From a virus: a DNA stretch of 64,000 nt. The position numbers and the translations under genes were made by a program. The stretch is from positions 32,001-96,000 of IMG/VR virus record IMGVR_UViG_3300018080_000123. One strand, given 5' to 3'. Under the pieces are notes generated by a model. That model saw only the letters and a list, made by a program, of their open reading frames with translations. It searched no databases and had not been told where the DNA came from. Shown here piece by piece: positions 1 to 9,775 of the stretch; the first letter of the stretch is position 1; the number at the start of each line of letters is the position of its first letter.

Positions 1-392
1 TCTAAATCAGATCCCGAAAGCCCAATTATTTTAAAATCGACCGCTCTAACTTTTCCGCTTTCGTCGGGAACGTGCTTACTATTTGGATGTCCGCCGATTT
101 TTTTATTGTGTTTTTTACATCTCTTTCCTGATGTAATGGTTATTTTTGTGTCCTTACCAAACTGACAGCTAATCTTTTTTCTAATAGCTTCTAACCATTT
201 GATAATTTGACCGTCCACCACAGCAGGAGGGCAACTGCCACAGCTACAATTAAACTCTTTGCGTCTAAAATGAGCAGAGAGCTTATCGCCTGGGCCCAAA
301 GGGGCTTCTTTTTTCTTTTTTTCATCTAAAAGAACCACTTTAGGGCCCCTAGAATCAGAGCTCCCAAAGAGACGGCTAAACCAATTGCCCAT
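1..392 (-). CDS. Peptidase M15 family endolysin (3' end outside window)
   Basis: Not in the ORF track. Manual translation from ATG at 392: MGNWFSRLFG...LSAHFRRKEFNCSCG...ITSGKRCKKHNKKIGGHPNSKH...AVDF, matching M15A motifs. Overlaps the next gene by 67 nt. Confidence 0.8.
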   Translation of the reverse strand, partial: MGNWFSRLFGSSDSRGPKVVLLDEKKKKEAPLGPGDKLSAHFRRKEFNCSCGSCPPAVVDGQIIKWLEAIRKKISCQFGKDTKITITSGKRCKKHNKKIGGHPNSKHVPDESGKVRAVDFKIIGLSGSDL

Positions 393-733
393 TTTAGGTA
401 ACCTTTGTAGTCTTTCAATGTTTTAGATTCTACCTTTTCTGCTGTTTGCATCAAGGCAATATCTTTTTCGTTTTGTCCAATTCTCTTATCTTGTTCGTCG
501 TCTTTTTTATTAAATCGTTCAAACTGTTGATTAACAGTTGCGACTAACATTTGAACACTAGACTCAATTCTAGGGATAGCTCCGTTTTGTTTGGCGAGAC
601 TAATACGAATCCCATCGACTTTCTCGCCAAGATCTACTTGAGCTAGTTTTAAGTCTCCAGTTGTTTGCTGAAGGGTTGTAATTTCTTGTTTTAAGAGTTG
701 AAATTCGATGGTCCGCTCTTTATCTTCGGGCAC
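326..733 (-). CDS. Coiled-coil protein with C-terminal TM helix (holin-like/lysis accessory)
   Basis: Heptad-rich body, C-terminal WAIGLAVSLGALILGALKWFF, directly upstream of the endolysin. Confidence 0.5.
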   Translation of the reverse strand: MPEDKERTIEFQLLKQEITTLQQTTGDLKLAQVDLGEKVDGIRISLAKQNGAIPRIESSVQMLVATVNQQFERFNKKDDEQDKRIGQNEKDIALMQTAEKVESKTLKDYKGYLKWAIGLAVSLGALILGALKWFF

Positions 734-778
734 TGGGCTCTCCTCCTAGAAAAAATTAAAGCACAAGGCTTTAAAGTT

Positions 779-1093
779 TTATGCTCTGAAAATCACAAAT
801 GAGAGCACAGCGTCATTATTCGTCACACCCGCTGGCGTAATTTTCAAATTTCCAGCCTCGCACTCGGCAAGAATAAGCCCAACCGGGGCTCCTGTGTCGT
901 CGCTAACGAGAGAAACGATAGCGATATCGCCGGCTGCAATGCCTTCAATCGCTACGTTTGTCGGGGAAGCCGCAAGAACAACCCGACCGACGGCGAGAGG
1001 GGCAAGCTTCTCTTCAATTTTATCTTCTTTCTTCAGGGGAACCGCCGCGCGAACGTACTTCACCTGTTTATCGCTAAGTCTTTTGTTTGCCAT
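779..1093 (-). CDS. Small putative virion protein
   Basis: Beta-rich C-terminus, GGAG RBS, preceded by the candidate late promoter. Confidence 0.45.
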   Translation of the reverse strand: MANKRLSDKQVKYVRAAVPLKKEDKIEEKLAPLAVGRVVLAASPTNVAIEGIAAGDIAIVSLVSDDTGAPVGLILAECEAGNLKITPAGVTNNDAVLSFVIFRA

Positions 1094-1145
1094 TGCTAAC
1101 TCCTTTTACATGTAAAATTGATTAATTATGGGTATATACCTTACA

Positions 1146-1178
1146 ATTATAGTATCTTTTTATGTACAATTTAAATTA
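1146..1178 (-). promoter_or_regulatory. Candidate late promoter TAATTTAA-N19-TATAAT
   Basis: One of four copies of the motif upstream of structural genes. Confidence 0.5.
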
Positions 1179-1691
1179 AATTGATTTGACAATTTTGTCA
1201 AAACACTCGCTATTTTTGACCCATTCATGCAACTCTATGGGTGTCATAGATTCTTTGTCTAACCCCTTAAGGACAACATCTGCTGTCTCGCGCAATAATT
1301 CCTGAGCAAGCTCTGTACAAATGAGTTCATTTCTCGACCCCAGTGGGTTTTTAATTGTAATTCCTATCTTCTTAAACACAATCTTAATAGCAAAACCAAG
1401 AACTTCGAGATAGTCATATGGTTTATGTCCATATTTATCTATCAGCTTGTCAAGAGCTGCGTCTCCGCCTTCTGGTTTATATCTGTAGCGATATATCGTG
1501 TCGTATCTTTTGATAAAATATTGCCACCAATCAGGCTCGACTCCAAAACACGACGCTTCTACCATCCACTCATGCTCAGGCTCACTATAACGAATAGCTA
1601 CGTGAGATACTTTTTCACAGCCCCTTTTCGAGCTAAACAACATGATAGCCTTAGATATTAGCGATTTTCCCTCGCAAAAGATAATTTCCAT
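1176..1691 (-). CDS. Permuted papain-like (YiiX/NlpC-P60-like) amidase/peptidase
   Basis: SHVAI His near the N-terminus, KPYDY, and LICTEL Cys later (permuted catalytic order). Confidence 0.7.
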   Translation of the reverse strand: MEIIFCEGKSLISKAIMLFSSKRGCEKVSHVAIRYSEPEHEWMVEASCFGVEPDWWQYFIKRYDTIYRYRYKPEGGDAALDKLIDKYGHKPYDYLEVLGFAIKIVFKKIGITIKNPLGSRNELICTELAQELLRETADVVLKGLDKESMTPIELHEWVKNSECFDKIVKSI

Positions 1692-2479
1692 TATGACACT
1701 ATTTTATTCCTAAATGTTTCGAGAACAACCATAATATCGTGGCTATCTCCAGCTCCATGTTTTATAATAACGCGCATTTTATTTGAGTGATATGTCTCAC
1801 TATATGACAAAAATGTAGATGCTCTTCCGTCAGCTGTAACTTGATCTCCTGGATCAATGTACGACATATTAACCCCGCCAATCATAGGAATGGATCCCCC
1901 ACTAGATGCCGGGATATCAGGAGCGGCAGTCACCCAAACACGGATGTCGCCTGAAGGAGTACTCTTCTGACGACACGAGCCGCCAATAATTTCATAGTCA
2001 TATGGTGGTTCAAAATCTACTATAGTCTTAACAGCATTTCCTTCATTTTCCTCACTTGTGATTTCATCGTCGCTCGAATCATATAATTTTAAAGTAACTC
2101 CGCTACGATCAGTCCCATCGTCTAGCTTACTATACACACTATCAAGATCCGAAGTAGTAAATTCAATAGGAATAAGATTATAAATCCAACCCAAATTTGA
2201 TGCTTTTATTCTACTAATCCGGGCGCCATCAATATCGGTTGGACCCAACAAATAGTTAACTGTTCCCTTTAGCCAATCAACTCCACTATTGACATCTAAA
2301 TCGCTATCTCCATCGTTAACGACTAAATCTTCGCTGCCGATATCTGAAACAACTGTACTATCTGCTCCCCATTGAAGATCTTCTCCTACTTGAAGCTGAT
2401 AGAAATCATTATTTTGAATTGTGACTCCACACCACGTTCCTTCTGCGCCGGACTTATTGTATATCTTAATTACTCTCAT
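1691..2479 (-). CDS. Putative virion protein, LVVNDG-domain paralog
   Basis: Likely start MRVIK at 2479 (ATGA overlap with the upstream stop). N-terminal domain shared with 3153-3869 and 3871-4614. Confidence 0.55.
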   Translation of the reverse strand: MRVIKIYNKSGAEGTWCGVTIQNNDFYQLQVGEDLQWGADSTVVSDIGSEDLVVNDGDSDLDVNSGVDWLKGTVNYLLGPTDIDGARISRIKASNLGWIYNLIPIEFTTSDLDSVYSKLDDGTDRSGVTLKLYDSSDDEITSEENEGNAVKTIVDFEPPYDYEIIGGSCRQKSTPSGDIRVWVTAAPDIPASSGGSIPMIGGVNMSYIDPGDQVTADGRASTFLSYSETYHSNKMRVIIKHGAGDSHDIMVVLETFRNKIVS

Positions 2480-3153
2480 GTTGCAGCCTTTCTCAGCCAA
2501 ACAAGAACCTTCGAATCATTTGGCTTATCGTTCCCTGTTGCTGTAACTTTTGCAGACAATCCATATCCCTGCCCGATTGTAACGGAAAATTGAGGACTAA
2601 CATACGTCTTACTTGAGATTGACGGCGAGGTATAAATCAATGTTTCATTCCCTCCCGTAATTGGATCGTATTTATAGAGCTTAATTACAACATCATCTGG
2701 AACAATCTTGTTTGAGAATGTAATTTTTCGAATCTCCATATTATAACCCATAACTTCTGGCGATTGATTTGATGGAAGATTATCAAATGTATTCATAAAA
2801 GCGTCTGTTGTGGTTCCAGATCGTCCAAACCCAAGAGTATCAAGATCGGCCTCATAGGCCTCCTCAAAAACAACATCTACATTTATTGATCCGTCTTCGT
2901 TATCGGTTACAATTACTCCATTATTAAAATTAATTGTCTCCGTACTAACATTAACAGATTCTCCGCTTTTTTTGGTTTCAACAGTCCCTAGAACAATCCA
3001 ACGGCTCTTAGTCTGAGACCACACTTTGAATTTATTGTCGGCAGAATCAATACAAAAATATCCATGTGCCGGACTCTCTGGCAAAGGTTGAGGGACAACA
3101 ATATTGTTTCTCCCTTCTATAACTACCCTATCGCCTTTGAATCTAAATCCCAT
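2476..3153 (-). CDS. Putative virion/fiber protein with shared C-terminal beta domain
   Basis: C-terminal domain (...KPNDSKVLVWLR) resembles those of 3871-4614 and 4614-5483. Confidence 0.5.
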   Translation of the reverse strand: MGFRFKGDRVVIEGRNNIVVPQPLPESPAHGYFCIDSADNKFKVWSQTKSRWIVLGTVETKKSGESVNVSTETINFNNGVIVTDNEDGSINVDVVFEEAYEADLDTLGFGRSGTTTDAFMNTFDNLPSNQSPEVMGYNMEIRKITFSNKIVPDDVVIKLYKYDPITGGNETLIYTSPSISSKTYVSPQFSVTIGQGYGLSAKVTATGNDKPNDSKVLVWLRKAAT

Positions 3154-3869
3154 TAGTCAATAACTCTCTGCCAATATTTATTGTAAATAGATACAATGAT
3201 AGGATCATTGGTTGGATTATCATAGCCTTCTTCATTTGCAATTCTTTCTAGTCCCATGAAAATATATTTTTCATCATTGGCGAATAGAGATACAGGGAGA
3301 GTAATTTCGTAAGAAAATATTCTAAATGGATCTGTCGTAACCGGCACAGGTCCGACATCAAAATTTAGATCAGATGTATTCAAATATTTATCTTCATTTC
3401 CATTAGATGTAAGAAGATGGATTCTATAAGATGCATACTTATTTGGTTGATCATTGTCTATACAAAAATGTGCTACAATTACATAATAGTCTCCAATTAT
3501 ATTTTCCGCTTTTGATCTAAGATAGCCCTTATCCCCAATTTGTACTTTATAGCCCATTGTGGCGCCATTTAATTCCACTACTTCCGGGCTCTTCGTTCCA
3601 ACACCAGGTACTATATCCATCCGGGTATGCATCTTTACAATTTTACGTTGTAGATAGCCACTTCCAACGTTTGGACTTAAGTCTTCTATCCCATCGTTAA
3701 CTATTAATTTTGGAGGATCGCTGGTAATGTCACTTAAGGTTTTCTGGTAAGTGGAAAATCCAACTCTCTCTTGGTCTGATTGAATGGTATAATACTCTCC
3801 CGGCTCAATTACGATACCAAACCAAACATCAGTTACTTCTTGATTATTTTTTAGCTTGATTATTTCCAT
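3153..3869 (-). CDS. Putative virion protein, LIVNDG-domain paralog
   Basis: N-terminal similarity to neighbouring genes; translationally coupled. Confidence 0.5.
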   Translation of the reverse strand: MEIIKLKNNQEVTDVWFGIVIEPGEYYTIQSDQERVGFSTYQKTLSDITSDPPKLIVNDGIEDLSPNVGSGYLQRKIVKMHTRMDIVPGVGTKSPEVVELNGATMGYKVQIGDKGYLRSKAENIIGDYYVIVAHFCIDNDQPNKYASYRIHLLTSNGNEDKYLNTSDLNFDVGPVPVTTDPFRIFSYEITLPVSLFANDEKYIFMGLERIANEEGYDNPTNDPIIVSIYNKYWQRVID

Positions 3870-3870
3870 A

Positions 3871-4614
3871 CTATCTTTGTCTTGTCCAAACTAAAACATT
3901 TAAATCACTAGGTTTTGGATTTCCAACATTGATTGCCTTTACATAAAGTCCCCAACCCTTATCGACGGAGACTGCTAAATCCGTCGTAGTATATCCTGAG
4001 TAACCTGTAAAGTTTCCATTAGCTATGCTAAAAGTCTCAGAATAAATCATCGTCCGGACTGAGTGATTAGAATCTGCCTTCCATAGCTCTAAAGTAAAAG
4101 GAGCGGCAAGAGCTGAAACTGAAACAGAAAACCCACGAAAAATAATATTGTACTTTAACGTGTCAGGAGAATCATAACTAACAATATTATTTAAAGTTAA
4201 GAGATAAGTATTATTCGAAGTGCTTCCTTGCCTAGCATATTGAAATTTATCTAAATCATTATCAAATGCTCCCGACTTCGCATATTCAATTGCCTCTTGA
4301 ACAGTGTCTTTGTCGTTAGGAAACCCATTTGCTCTCCTATCGTCGGTCCAAAATCTGACGTTCCACGCCTCATCTGGATGTTTCAAAAACTTAATCGCTT
4401 CGTAAACATTAAGATTTTCGTGCCCGTCATTAACTACGAGGCTCCCGGCTGTAATCAAAGTATCAATTTGAGAGGCTGGAGTTTTATCAACTCCCGAGGC
4501 CCACAACGAGTAATTTTCTGGATCAATAGTGATCGTTTCTCCGGCCTGGATTAATATCCCCGTATGAACGATACTAATGTTTCCCCCAGTAGTGTTTGTA
4601 ATAATCTTAGGCAT
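3871..4614 (-). CDS. Putative virion/fiber protein (LVVNDG N-domain plus shared C-domain)
   Basis: Carries both shared modules and the fiber-like motif TVQEAIE. Confidence 0.55.
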   Translation of the reverse strand: MPKIITNTTGGNISIVHTGILIQAGETITIDPENYSLWASGVDKTPASQIDTLITAGSLVVNDGHENLNVYEAIKFLKHPDEAWNVRFWTDDRRANGFPNDKDTVQEAIEYAKSGAFDNDLDKFQYARQGSTSNNTYLLTLNNIVSYDSPDTLKYNIIFRGFSVSVSALAAPFTLELWKADSNHSVRTMIYSETFSIANGNFTGYSGYTTTDLAVSVDKGWGLYVKAINVGNPKPSDLNVLVWTRQR

Positions 4615-5483
4615 TATGGTCCAATCGATCCGCCCAGAATTAGCGACACAACCGGATTAGTTGCCTTATCGGACCCGGTTGCTGACGCTATATAAACTGC
4701 TAGCTCTTTCCCGCGCGTGACATTTATACCGGTAACAATAAAATTTCCACTTCTTTGAGTAACCATATTTACAGTAGTAAGAAGAGTATAAGTAGTCCCA
4801 TCGTGTTCATAAACTAAAACATCAAATGTGTTTGGTACTTCATTTGAAACTGAAATTTGTTCAAGCGTACCATTATAAAAAGGAAAAGTACGGCCGGTTC
4901 GATTAGACGGAACAGTGTCATTTAAAATCCACTGATTTCTAACCGTACCGCTCATACCCCATGTAAAGCCCGGACTAGCACTTAGTTTTAGTTCTGTTGC
5001 TAATTCTTCAATTGCATCCCGAACATTGGTTGATTCTAAATCGCTTATCGATTTTGTGAAAGAAAGACTCCTAGCATCTAAAACTTCCCAATTATTGTTA
5101 TCCTTGTGTTCTACTAAAATAAGAACGCCAGGATAAATTGTAACAATACTGCTTCCTAAATTATCTTGAATAATGATTTGCTCGGTGCCAGAATTTTTAA
5201 TCCAAATCTGTCTCCCACTCAAAGCATCGTCTGTAGCTATAAGACCACACGGCAACCTAACCGTAGCGGCTGTTGTTTGGTGAGTTTCAACTATACCGGG
5301 GATATTCTTAAGAAATTGAATAACTCTACTAACGTTAATTCGGCGATAAGTTCCTAGTTCAGGGGGTGTGTAGGCAGCGCCGGCGACGGCAGCAAAATCA
5401 GACTCTAAAATGTCTACGTAATTAAATGCCGCTCCGCCGAAGGCTTTGATAGTCTGTACAATCTCTTTTTCGCCTGCGGACAC
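4614..5483 (-). CDS. Putative virion fiber protein
   Basis: GTG start, NVRDAIEEL fiber-type motif, shared C-terminal domain. Confidence 0.5.
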   Translation of the reverse strand: MSAGEKEIVQTIKAFGGAAFNYVDILESDFAAVAGAAYTPPELGTYRRINVSRVIQFLKNIPGIVETHQTTAATVRLPCGLIATDDALSGRQIWIKNSGTEQIIIQDNLGSSIVTIYPGVLILVEHKDNNNWEVLDARSLSFTKSISDLESTNVRDAIEELATELKLSASPGFTWGMSGTVRNQWILNDTVPSNRTGRTFPFYNGTLEQISVSNEVPNTFDVLVYEHDGTTYTLLTTVNMVTQRSGNFIVTGINVTRGKELAVYIASATGSDKATNPVVSLILGGSIGP

Positions 5484-5501
5484 TGCCTACCCCTACCTTG
5501 T

Positions 5502-5690
5502 TTATTCTAATCCAAGTTCCTTCAATAAAGCAGATTCCTCTTGTTCAAGATTTTTCAAAGACTCTTCTCTTTTCTTTTTCTCTTCAACAAGTCTCTTCAG
5601 CTCAACGATATCGGAACGTTTAGCTCTCTCTCTGCTACTAAGGTCTTGGATTTCGTTTTTTAGCTCTTTGAGCTTATCTCTAACGCCCAT
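5502..5690 (-). CDS. Small coiled-coil protein
   Basis: Heptad pattern, GGAG RBS. Confidence 0.5.
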   Translation of the reverse strand: MGVRDKLKELKNEIQDLSSRERAKRSDIVELKRLVEEKKKREESLKNLEQEESALLKELGLE

Positions 5691-5715
5691 TTTTATCTCC
5701 TAGACTTTAATAGTA

Positions 5716-6675
5716 TTAGTCGAGAGTACCAACAATCAGCATCACACCATTAAAAGCAGTTCCAAGGCCTGCCTTCAAGATAGTAATATTGCCGCTTGAA
5801 TCAAACTGAACTTCAGCGTCCACGATTTCGTCCGGAGTTTGATCGGTATTAACAATCTGAACAACGTACGAACCGGCGACAGTCAATCCGTGAGGACCAA
5901 TCTGCCCAGCTCCTGGAGCTCCAGTCTGTAAACAAGTAATTTCATTGTTTGTTCCAGCAGCCCAATCAGCCGCAGCAAACGGAATGCGCTTCATTGTAGC
6001 AGTAACTTCACCTGGAGTCGGAAGAACGTTAATCCTCCAAACACCGCCACTCACATGATGAAGTAAATAGTCACTAGTCGTCTCAATATCAAACGAAGCA
6101 GCTCCATTAATAGTCGAACTACTACTCAACGTAATTTTATTAGTTGAGCTAATATCCGAATTCTGAATAGAAAGATAGCAAAATCTACCATCGAGAGGAG
6201 CGCTACCTTGTGCAACATTTTCTGCTTCCATGTTATCGAGAGCTAAGGTTCTAGCTGCGCCCAATACTCCTGTTGAAACGAGAACGTGAGGAGCGTCAGT
6301 TTCCATAGCGCCATTTCCAGCTTTAAGAAGGATATCCTGAATATCAGTGTCGGGAGATCCATCAAACACAACGTCCACGCCTGCTTCATCAACAGGAGCC
6401 GGACTCACCACGATATCCGAAGTACTATTAACTACAGTAATAGTAAATGGACCCGGGTTTAGAATAGAATCCGTACTGAATTCTGCTCCCACAACTTGCA
6501 TCCAAGCAGGGAAAGTTCCGGCAGATAATGTAATTTTACCAGTCGCGTTAGTAAAAGTAACATCATTGGCTTGGCCCGAACTATCAAAGCTTTGGTTGTG
6601 GCCTTGAGTAATGTCCCAGTTTTCGCCGGAGAAACCAGCGCTTGCAAAGACATGTTCGTAATTAAGTTTAGCCAT
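5716..6675 (-). CDS. Putative virion structural protein
   Basis: Acidic, Gly/Thr/Ala-rich beta protein. C-terminal GAPGAGQIGPH domain is paralogous to 6856-7347. Confidence 0.55.
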   Translation of the reverse strand: MAKLNYEHVFASAGFSGENWDITQGHNQSFDSSGQANDVTFTNATGKITLSAGTFPAWMQVVGAEFSTDSILNPGPFTITVVNSTSDIVVSPAPVDEAGVDVVFDGSPDTDIQDILLKAGNGAMETDAPHVLVSTGVLGAARTLALDNMEAENVAQGSAPLDGRFCYLSIQNSDISSTNKITLSSSSTINGAASFDIETTSDYLLHHVSGGVWRINVLPTPGEVTATMKRIPFAAADWAAGTNNEITCLQTGAPGAGQIGPHGLTVAGSYVVQIVNTDQTPDEIVDAEVQFDSSGNITILKAGLGTAFNGVMLIVGTLD

Positions 6676-6869
6676 TATTTATTCTCCTTTGTCGACAAAA
6701 TGTTTTCGACTTGCCTTAAGAACCCCTCCGGAACGTCCGTCTGTCTTAATGCATTGACAATTAAAAATAGTACTACTTCCAATTTTTCTATTCGCCTAAG
6801 CAACCTCTCCTTGTCGCCTAGATTAGTTTTGATCTCTGTTTTTTGTATTTTTTCATTATTCTGCATCAA
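6675..6869 (-). CDS. Hypothetical protein
   Basis: ORF coupled to both neighbours. Confidence 0.45.
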   Translation of the reverse strand: MMQNNEKIQKTEIKTNLGDKERLLRRIEKLEVVLFLIVNALRQTDVPEGFLRQVENILSTKENK

Positions 6870-7347
6870 TGATTACCTTTCCATTAAATGCAGGAGGTAG
6901 CGAAGTTTTCCTCAGGTATATACTCTTTGTATTCCCATTAATTACGATAGAAGTAAAAACCTCTTTTCCTATATTTACCGCGATTTTCTTATAAACTTGG
7001 ACCTGAAAACAATTTGCTGCATCATATGTATGAGGTCCAATTTGCCCAGGACCAGGGATTCCTGTAGCAATAATCTCAATCTGATTATTCACCCAATCGC
7101 TTATAGCAAAATCGAGACAAACCTTCTCATTATGAAGAAACGGGTCATGATAATGACCACCCTGACATTCGTTCTGAGGATGATTGACGTTAAAGATAGT
7201 ATTGCCATCGTGTGCTTTGGCAATTAAATTATTTCCGATAGAGGCGGCTTTAGCTCCACCGTCTCTAACCCCGTGAAATATCTTTGAACGTCGACCCCAG
7301 AAAACGTCAAATGTAATAAGTTTTTTGACGAACTCTGTAAGTGTCAC
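6856..7347 (-). CDS. Putative virion protein (GIPGPGQIGPH domain)
   Basis: Paralog of the C-terminus of 5716-6675. Confidence 0.5.
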   Translation of the reverse strand: MTLTEFVKKLITFDVFWGRRSKIFHGVRDGGAKAASIGNNLIAKAHDGNTIFNVNHPQNECQGGHYHDPFLHNEKVCLDFAISDWVNNQIEIIATGIPGPGQIGPHTYDAANCFQVQVYKKIAVNIGKEVFTSIVINGNTKSIYLRKTSLPPAFNGKVIIDAE

Positions 7348-7424
7348 TTAAACCTACCTTACTATACCCATTCTTCCGCATCCGATATTCCGCTTTACTC
7401 GCCCAATTCCGATGAACAGGTGGT

Positions 7425-7934
7425 TTAAATTAAATTGTAAATTAGAGGATCAGACTCTTCCGATTCTCCTTCCAAGTTTTGTACTTTCACTGTTAAACTA
7501 ACACTAGCCGGAGTCGAATATCCGGCTCCAGCTAAATCAATTGAAAACGAAAAAGCATTAACAGCAAGGGTCCCGGTTTCTTTCAATCTAGTTCCATCTG
7601 CATAAATGTAAACAACATCTCCATCGTCGTCTGTACAAGTTCCATTAACCGTAATTGTAGTAGCCGCATTTGGAGACGCGGGAACGGTTCCAGTAATAAC
7701 AGGCTTTGGCGGGACCCCTAAATCCTCATAAGTAACGGCGTCTGTTGTAGTGCGAGGAATAATACGCGTTAAAGTACAACAGTTTTCATCATACTTAAAT
7801 CTAGTGACATGAACACGGCGCTGCCCTAACTTTGCTAGATAGGAAAACTCGCGAATCTCAATCACGTTTAAGCAACTATCATAAATAAGCCGGGTTTTAG
7901 TTTTATCCGGCGCATCCTTTACTTTTTGGGGCAT
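7425..7934 (-). CDS. Putative virion protein with C-terminal Ig-like domain
   Basis: PPKPVIT...TVNGT...VYIY...LTVKVQN.EG.SE.S pattern typical of Ig/FN3-like folds. Confidence 0.5.
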   Translation of the reverse strand: MPQKVKDAPDKTKTRLIYDSCLNVIEIREFSYLAKLGQRRVHVTRFKYDENCCTLTRIIPRTTTDAVTYEDLGVPPKPVITGTVPASPNAATTITVNGTCTDDDGDVVYIYADGTRLKETGTLAVNAFSFSIDLAGAGYSTPASVSLTVKVQNLEGESEESDPLIYNLI

Positions 7935-8404
7935 TAGGCTTCAGCTACTTTCTTAGACTTTTCCTTCTTGGCTACGTTCTTTTTTTCTTTCTTCTCTTTT
8001 TTGAATTCTTCAAAAACTTCGTCAAGAAGAATCAATGTCTTTGTTGCAACCTTAACATCGCCAAGATCGTCAAGTTTAATTGTGTCATCAATCACAAACT
8101 CAATATTGAGAAGATCGTCAAGATCCTTTGCCAGAGCTTTTGTGGAGTCTGGCGTAAAGGTATACTGGCTATTCTCAATCTTTGGCTTCCCTTTTACTGC
8201 GCCCTTTTCTTCATCATCCTCTTCCCACTTAATGCAATGCTTCTCTAGAACCTGAGTTCGCGTACTGTGGAAAAGTTCCATTGATTTTCCCACCTGATCG
8301 AGGATCTTCTTCAATCGATAGGCGGTGCGAACTGGAACGTCCTTCTCGGACAGATCCTTGAGAGCAACCATAAAGTCGTCGGACGCAAATACTGCATTCT
8401 TCAT
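7934..8404 (-). CDS. Hypothetical phage protein (possibly DUF1617-like)
   Basis: AYRLKKI...R...LEKHC pattern, strong RBS. Confidence 0.4.
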   Translation of the reverse strand: MKNAVFASDDFMVALKDLSEKDVPVRTAYRLKKILDQVGKSMELFHSTRTQVLEKHCIKWEEDDEEKGAVKGKPKIENSQYTFTPDSTKALAKDLDDLLNIEFVIDDTIKLDDLGDVKVATKTLILLDEVFEEFKKEKKEKKNVAKKEKSKKVAEA

Positions 8405-8452
8405 AATCTTACCTCCTTGGTAATTTTATTATAGTATTATTTTATTATACAA

Positions 8453-8821
8453 TTATGATTCGCCATCTGTGTCTGAATCATAAATTATGTATTGAGCCGC
8501 TGCCTGAGCTCCATCAAAACGAATAAACCTATGATCGGGTCCCGTATTAATCACAAGGCTTTCTTTATCAAGGATCGCAATTCCATTTGTCATCCCCGTA
8601 GGAGCAGCCATTCCAATATCTCCAATTGCGACATAAATTGTCCCGCCAGATCCATTAGTAATACGAACAGGCATTCTTTTGCCTACTTCAATCTCAGTAG
8701 CTGGAACCGCACCAAGTGATCTAACCGCAAACCCTGCATCCATATTTCGCTGGTTAAAAGTACTATCTTCGAACTGTAGATTGGTAACAGTCCTTTCATT
8801 TCTAGCTCTTTTACTTCCCAT
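8453..8821 (-). CDS. Putative virion protein
   Basis: ITN.SGGTIYVAIG...GIAI beta motif. Confidence 0.4.
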   Translation of the reverse strand: MGSKRARNERTVTNLQFEDSTFNQRNMDAGFAVRSLGAVPATEIEVGKRMPVRITNGSGGTIYVAIGDIGMAAPTGMTNGIAILDKESLVINTGPDHRFIRFDGAQAAAQYIIYDSDTDGES

Positions 8822-9102
8822 TATTTGTTCCCTTTATTTTTCTTCAAGTCTTCTTCTTTGTTCTCTCTGCGAAGCTTCTCAATCTCCGCTCGATAAAAGA
8901 ACCCCAGATCTCTATACTTCTTAAAGTCAGAGAATCTGAAGCTAATCTCTAGATCCCGACCGGTACCTTTTTCGTCATCAAAAACAAAATAAACTTTCGA
9001 TTTGTTGTTTTTCCCCATTCCCCATTCAGCGCATAGATACTTAAGCCCCTCCATTTCCAAGTAGGGACATAGAGCAAGATTGTCGGTCTTAAATTGCTTC
9101 AT
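8821..9102 (-). CDS. DUF5659-like phage protein
   Basis: FKTDNLALCPYL...VYFVF pattern. Confidence 0.45.
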   Translation of the reverse strand: MKQFKTDNLALCPYLEMEGLKYLCAEWGMGKNNKSKVYFVFDDEKGTGRDLEISFRFSDFKKYRDLGFFYRAEIEKLRRENKEEDLKKNKGNK

Positions 9103-9236
9103 AAACTTTTTCCTTTTTTTTATTGTTGTATCAATTCGTCAACGCCAACTTTAACTGCGTTGCTGTTTTGGCTCAAGGAAGATTACAATCTCAATGTTGT
9201 AAGATCCTGACGAGTTGAACACCGTACACGATTAAT

Positions 9237-9268
9237 ATTATACCGGATTCTGCAAAATAATTAAATTA
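9237..9268 (-). promoter_or_regulatory. Candidate late promoter TAATTTAA-N18-TATAAT
   Basis: Motif copy upstream of the virion-protein block. Confidence 0.5.
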
Positions 9269-9457
9269 TTTGGTGAAGGTTACGTCTTTTAACTTTGATT
9301 GTTTGGATTCTTTTTTCTCCTTCTTTTTCTGACGAGCTTCCCACTCCCACTTACAATATTTCTTGTCAACATATTCCGACGCTTCTTCATAGGTGTCAAA
9401 CTGAGTATCAACCCACTTACCTTCTTTGTCCTTCTCTCGGACATAACATTTTGACAT
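9266..9457 (-). CDS. Hypothetical protein
   Basis: ORF in the co-oriented gene array. Confidence 0.45.
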   Translation of the reverse strand: MSKCYVREKDKEGKWVDTQFDTYEEASEYVDKKYCKWEWEARQKKKEKKESKQSKLKDVTFTK

Positions 9458-9775
9458 TTAGTACTCCCAGATAAGAAACGGGATAGATAACCCGATGCCT
9501 CCTGAGTTAGCTAAGATATCATAGGGATCTGCTTGAGGATCTTTAATGTATTCCTTTGCCAATCCCAATCCCATAGTGACCATACTACTTCCTATTATAC
9601 ACTCATTCTTGCTTAATTTCAATTGGTTTTTGCAGACTACATAAAGAACATGATTAATGGCGAAAGACCCGCCGATATGATAAAGCTTATCTTCATTGTC
9701 AAAAGAATAAACATTTGACCCTAGTATCAAAAACAACAAAACAACGATAACTTGTCTAATCACTAGTCCCACCAT
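9458..9775 (-). CDS. YfiM-like exported/membrane protein
   Basis: Signal peptide; DKLYH, GLAKE and DILAN motifs. Confidence 0.55.
   Translation of the reverse strand: MVGLVIRQVIVVLLFLILGSNVYSFDNEDKLYHIGGSFAINHVLYVVCKNQLKLSKNECIIGSSMVTMGLGLAKEYIKDPQADPYDILANSGGIGLSIPFLIWEY

Noticed and set aside
8421-8455. Fifth copy of the late promoter
   Set aside because: Two TATAAT boxes are present, but there is no TAATTTAA at 18-19 nt spacing
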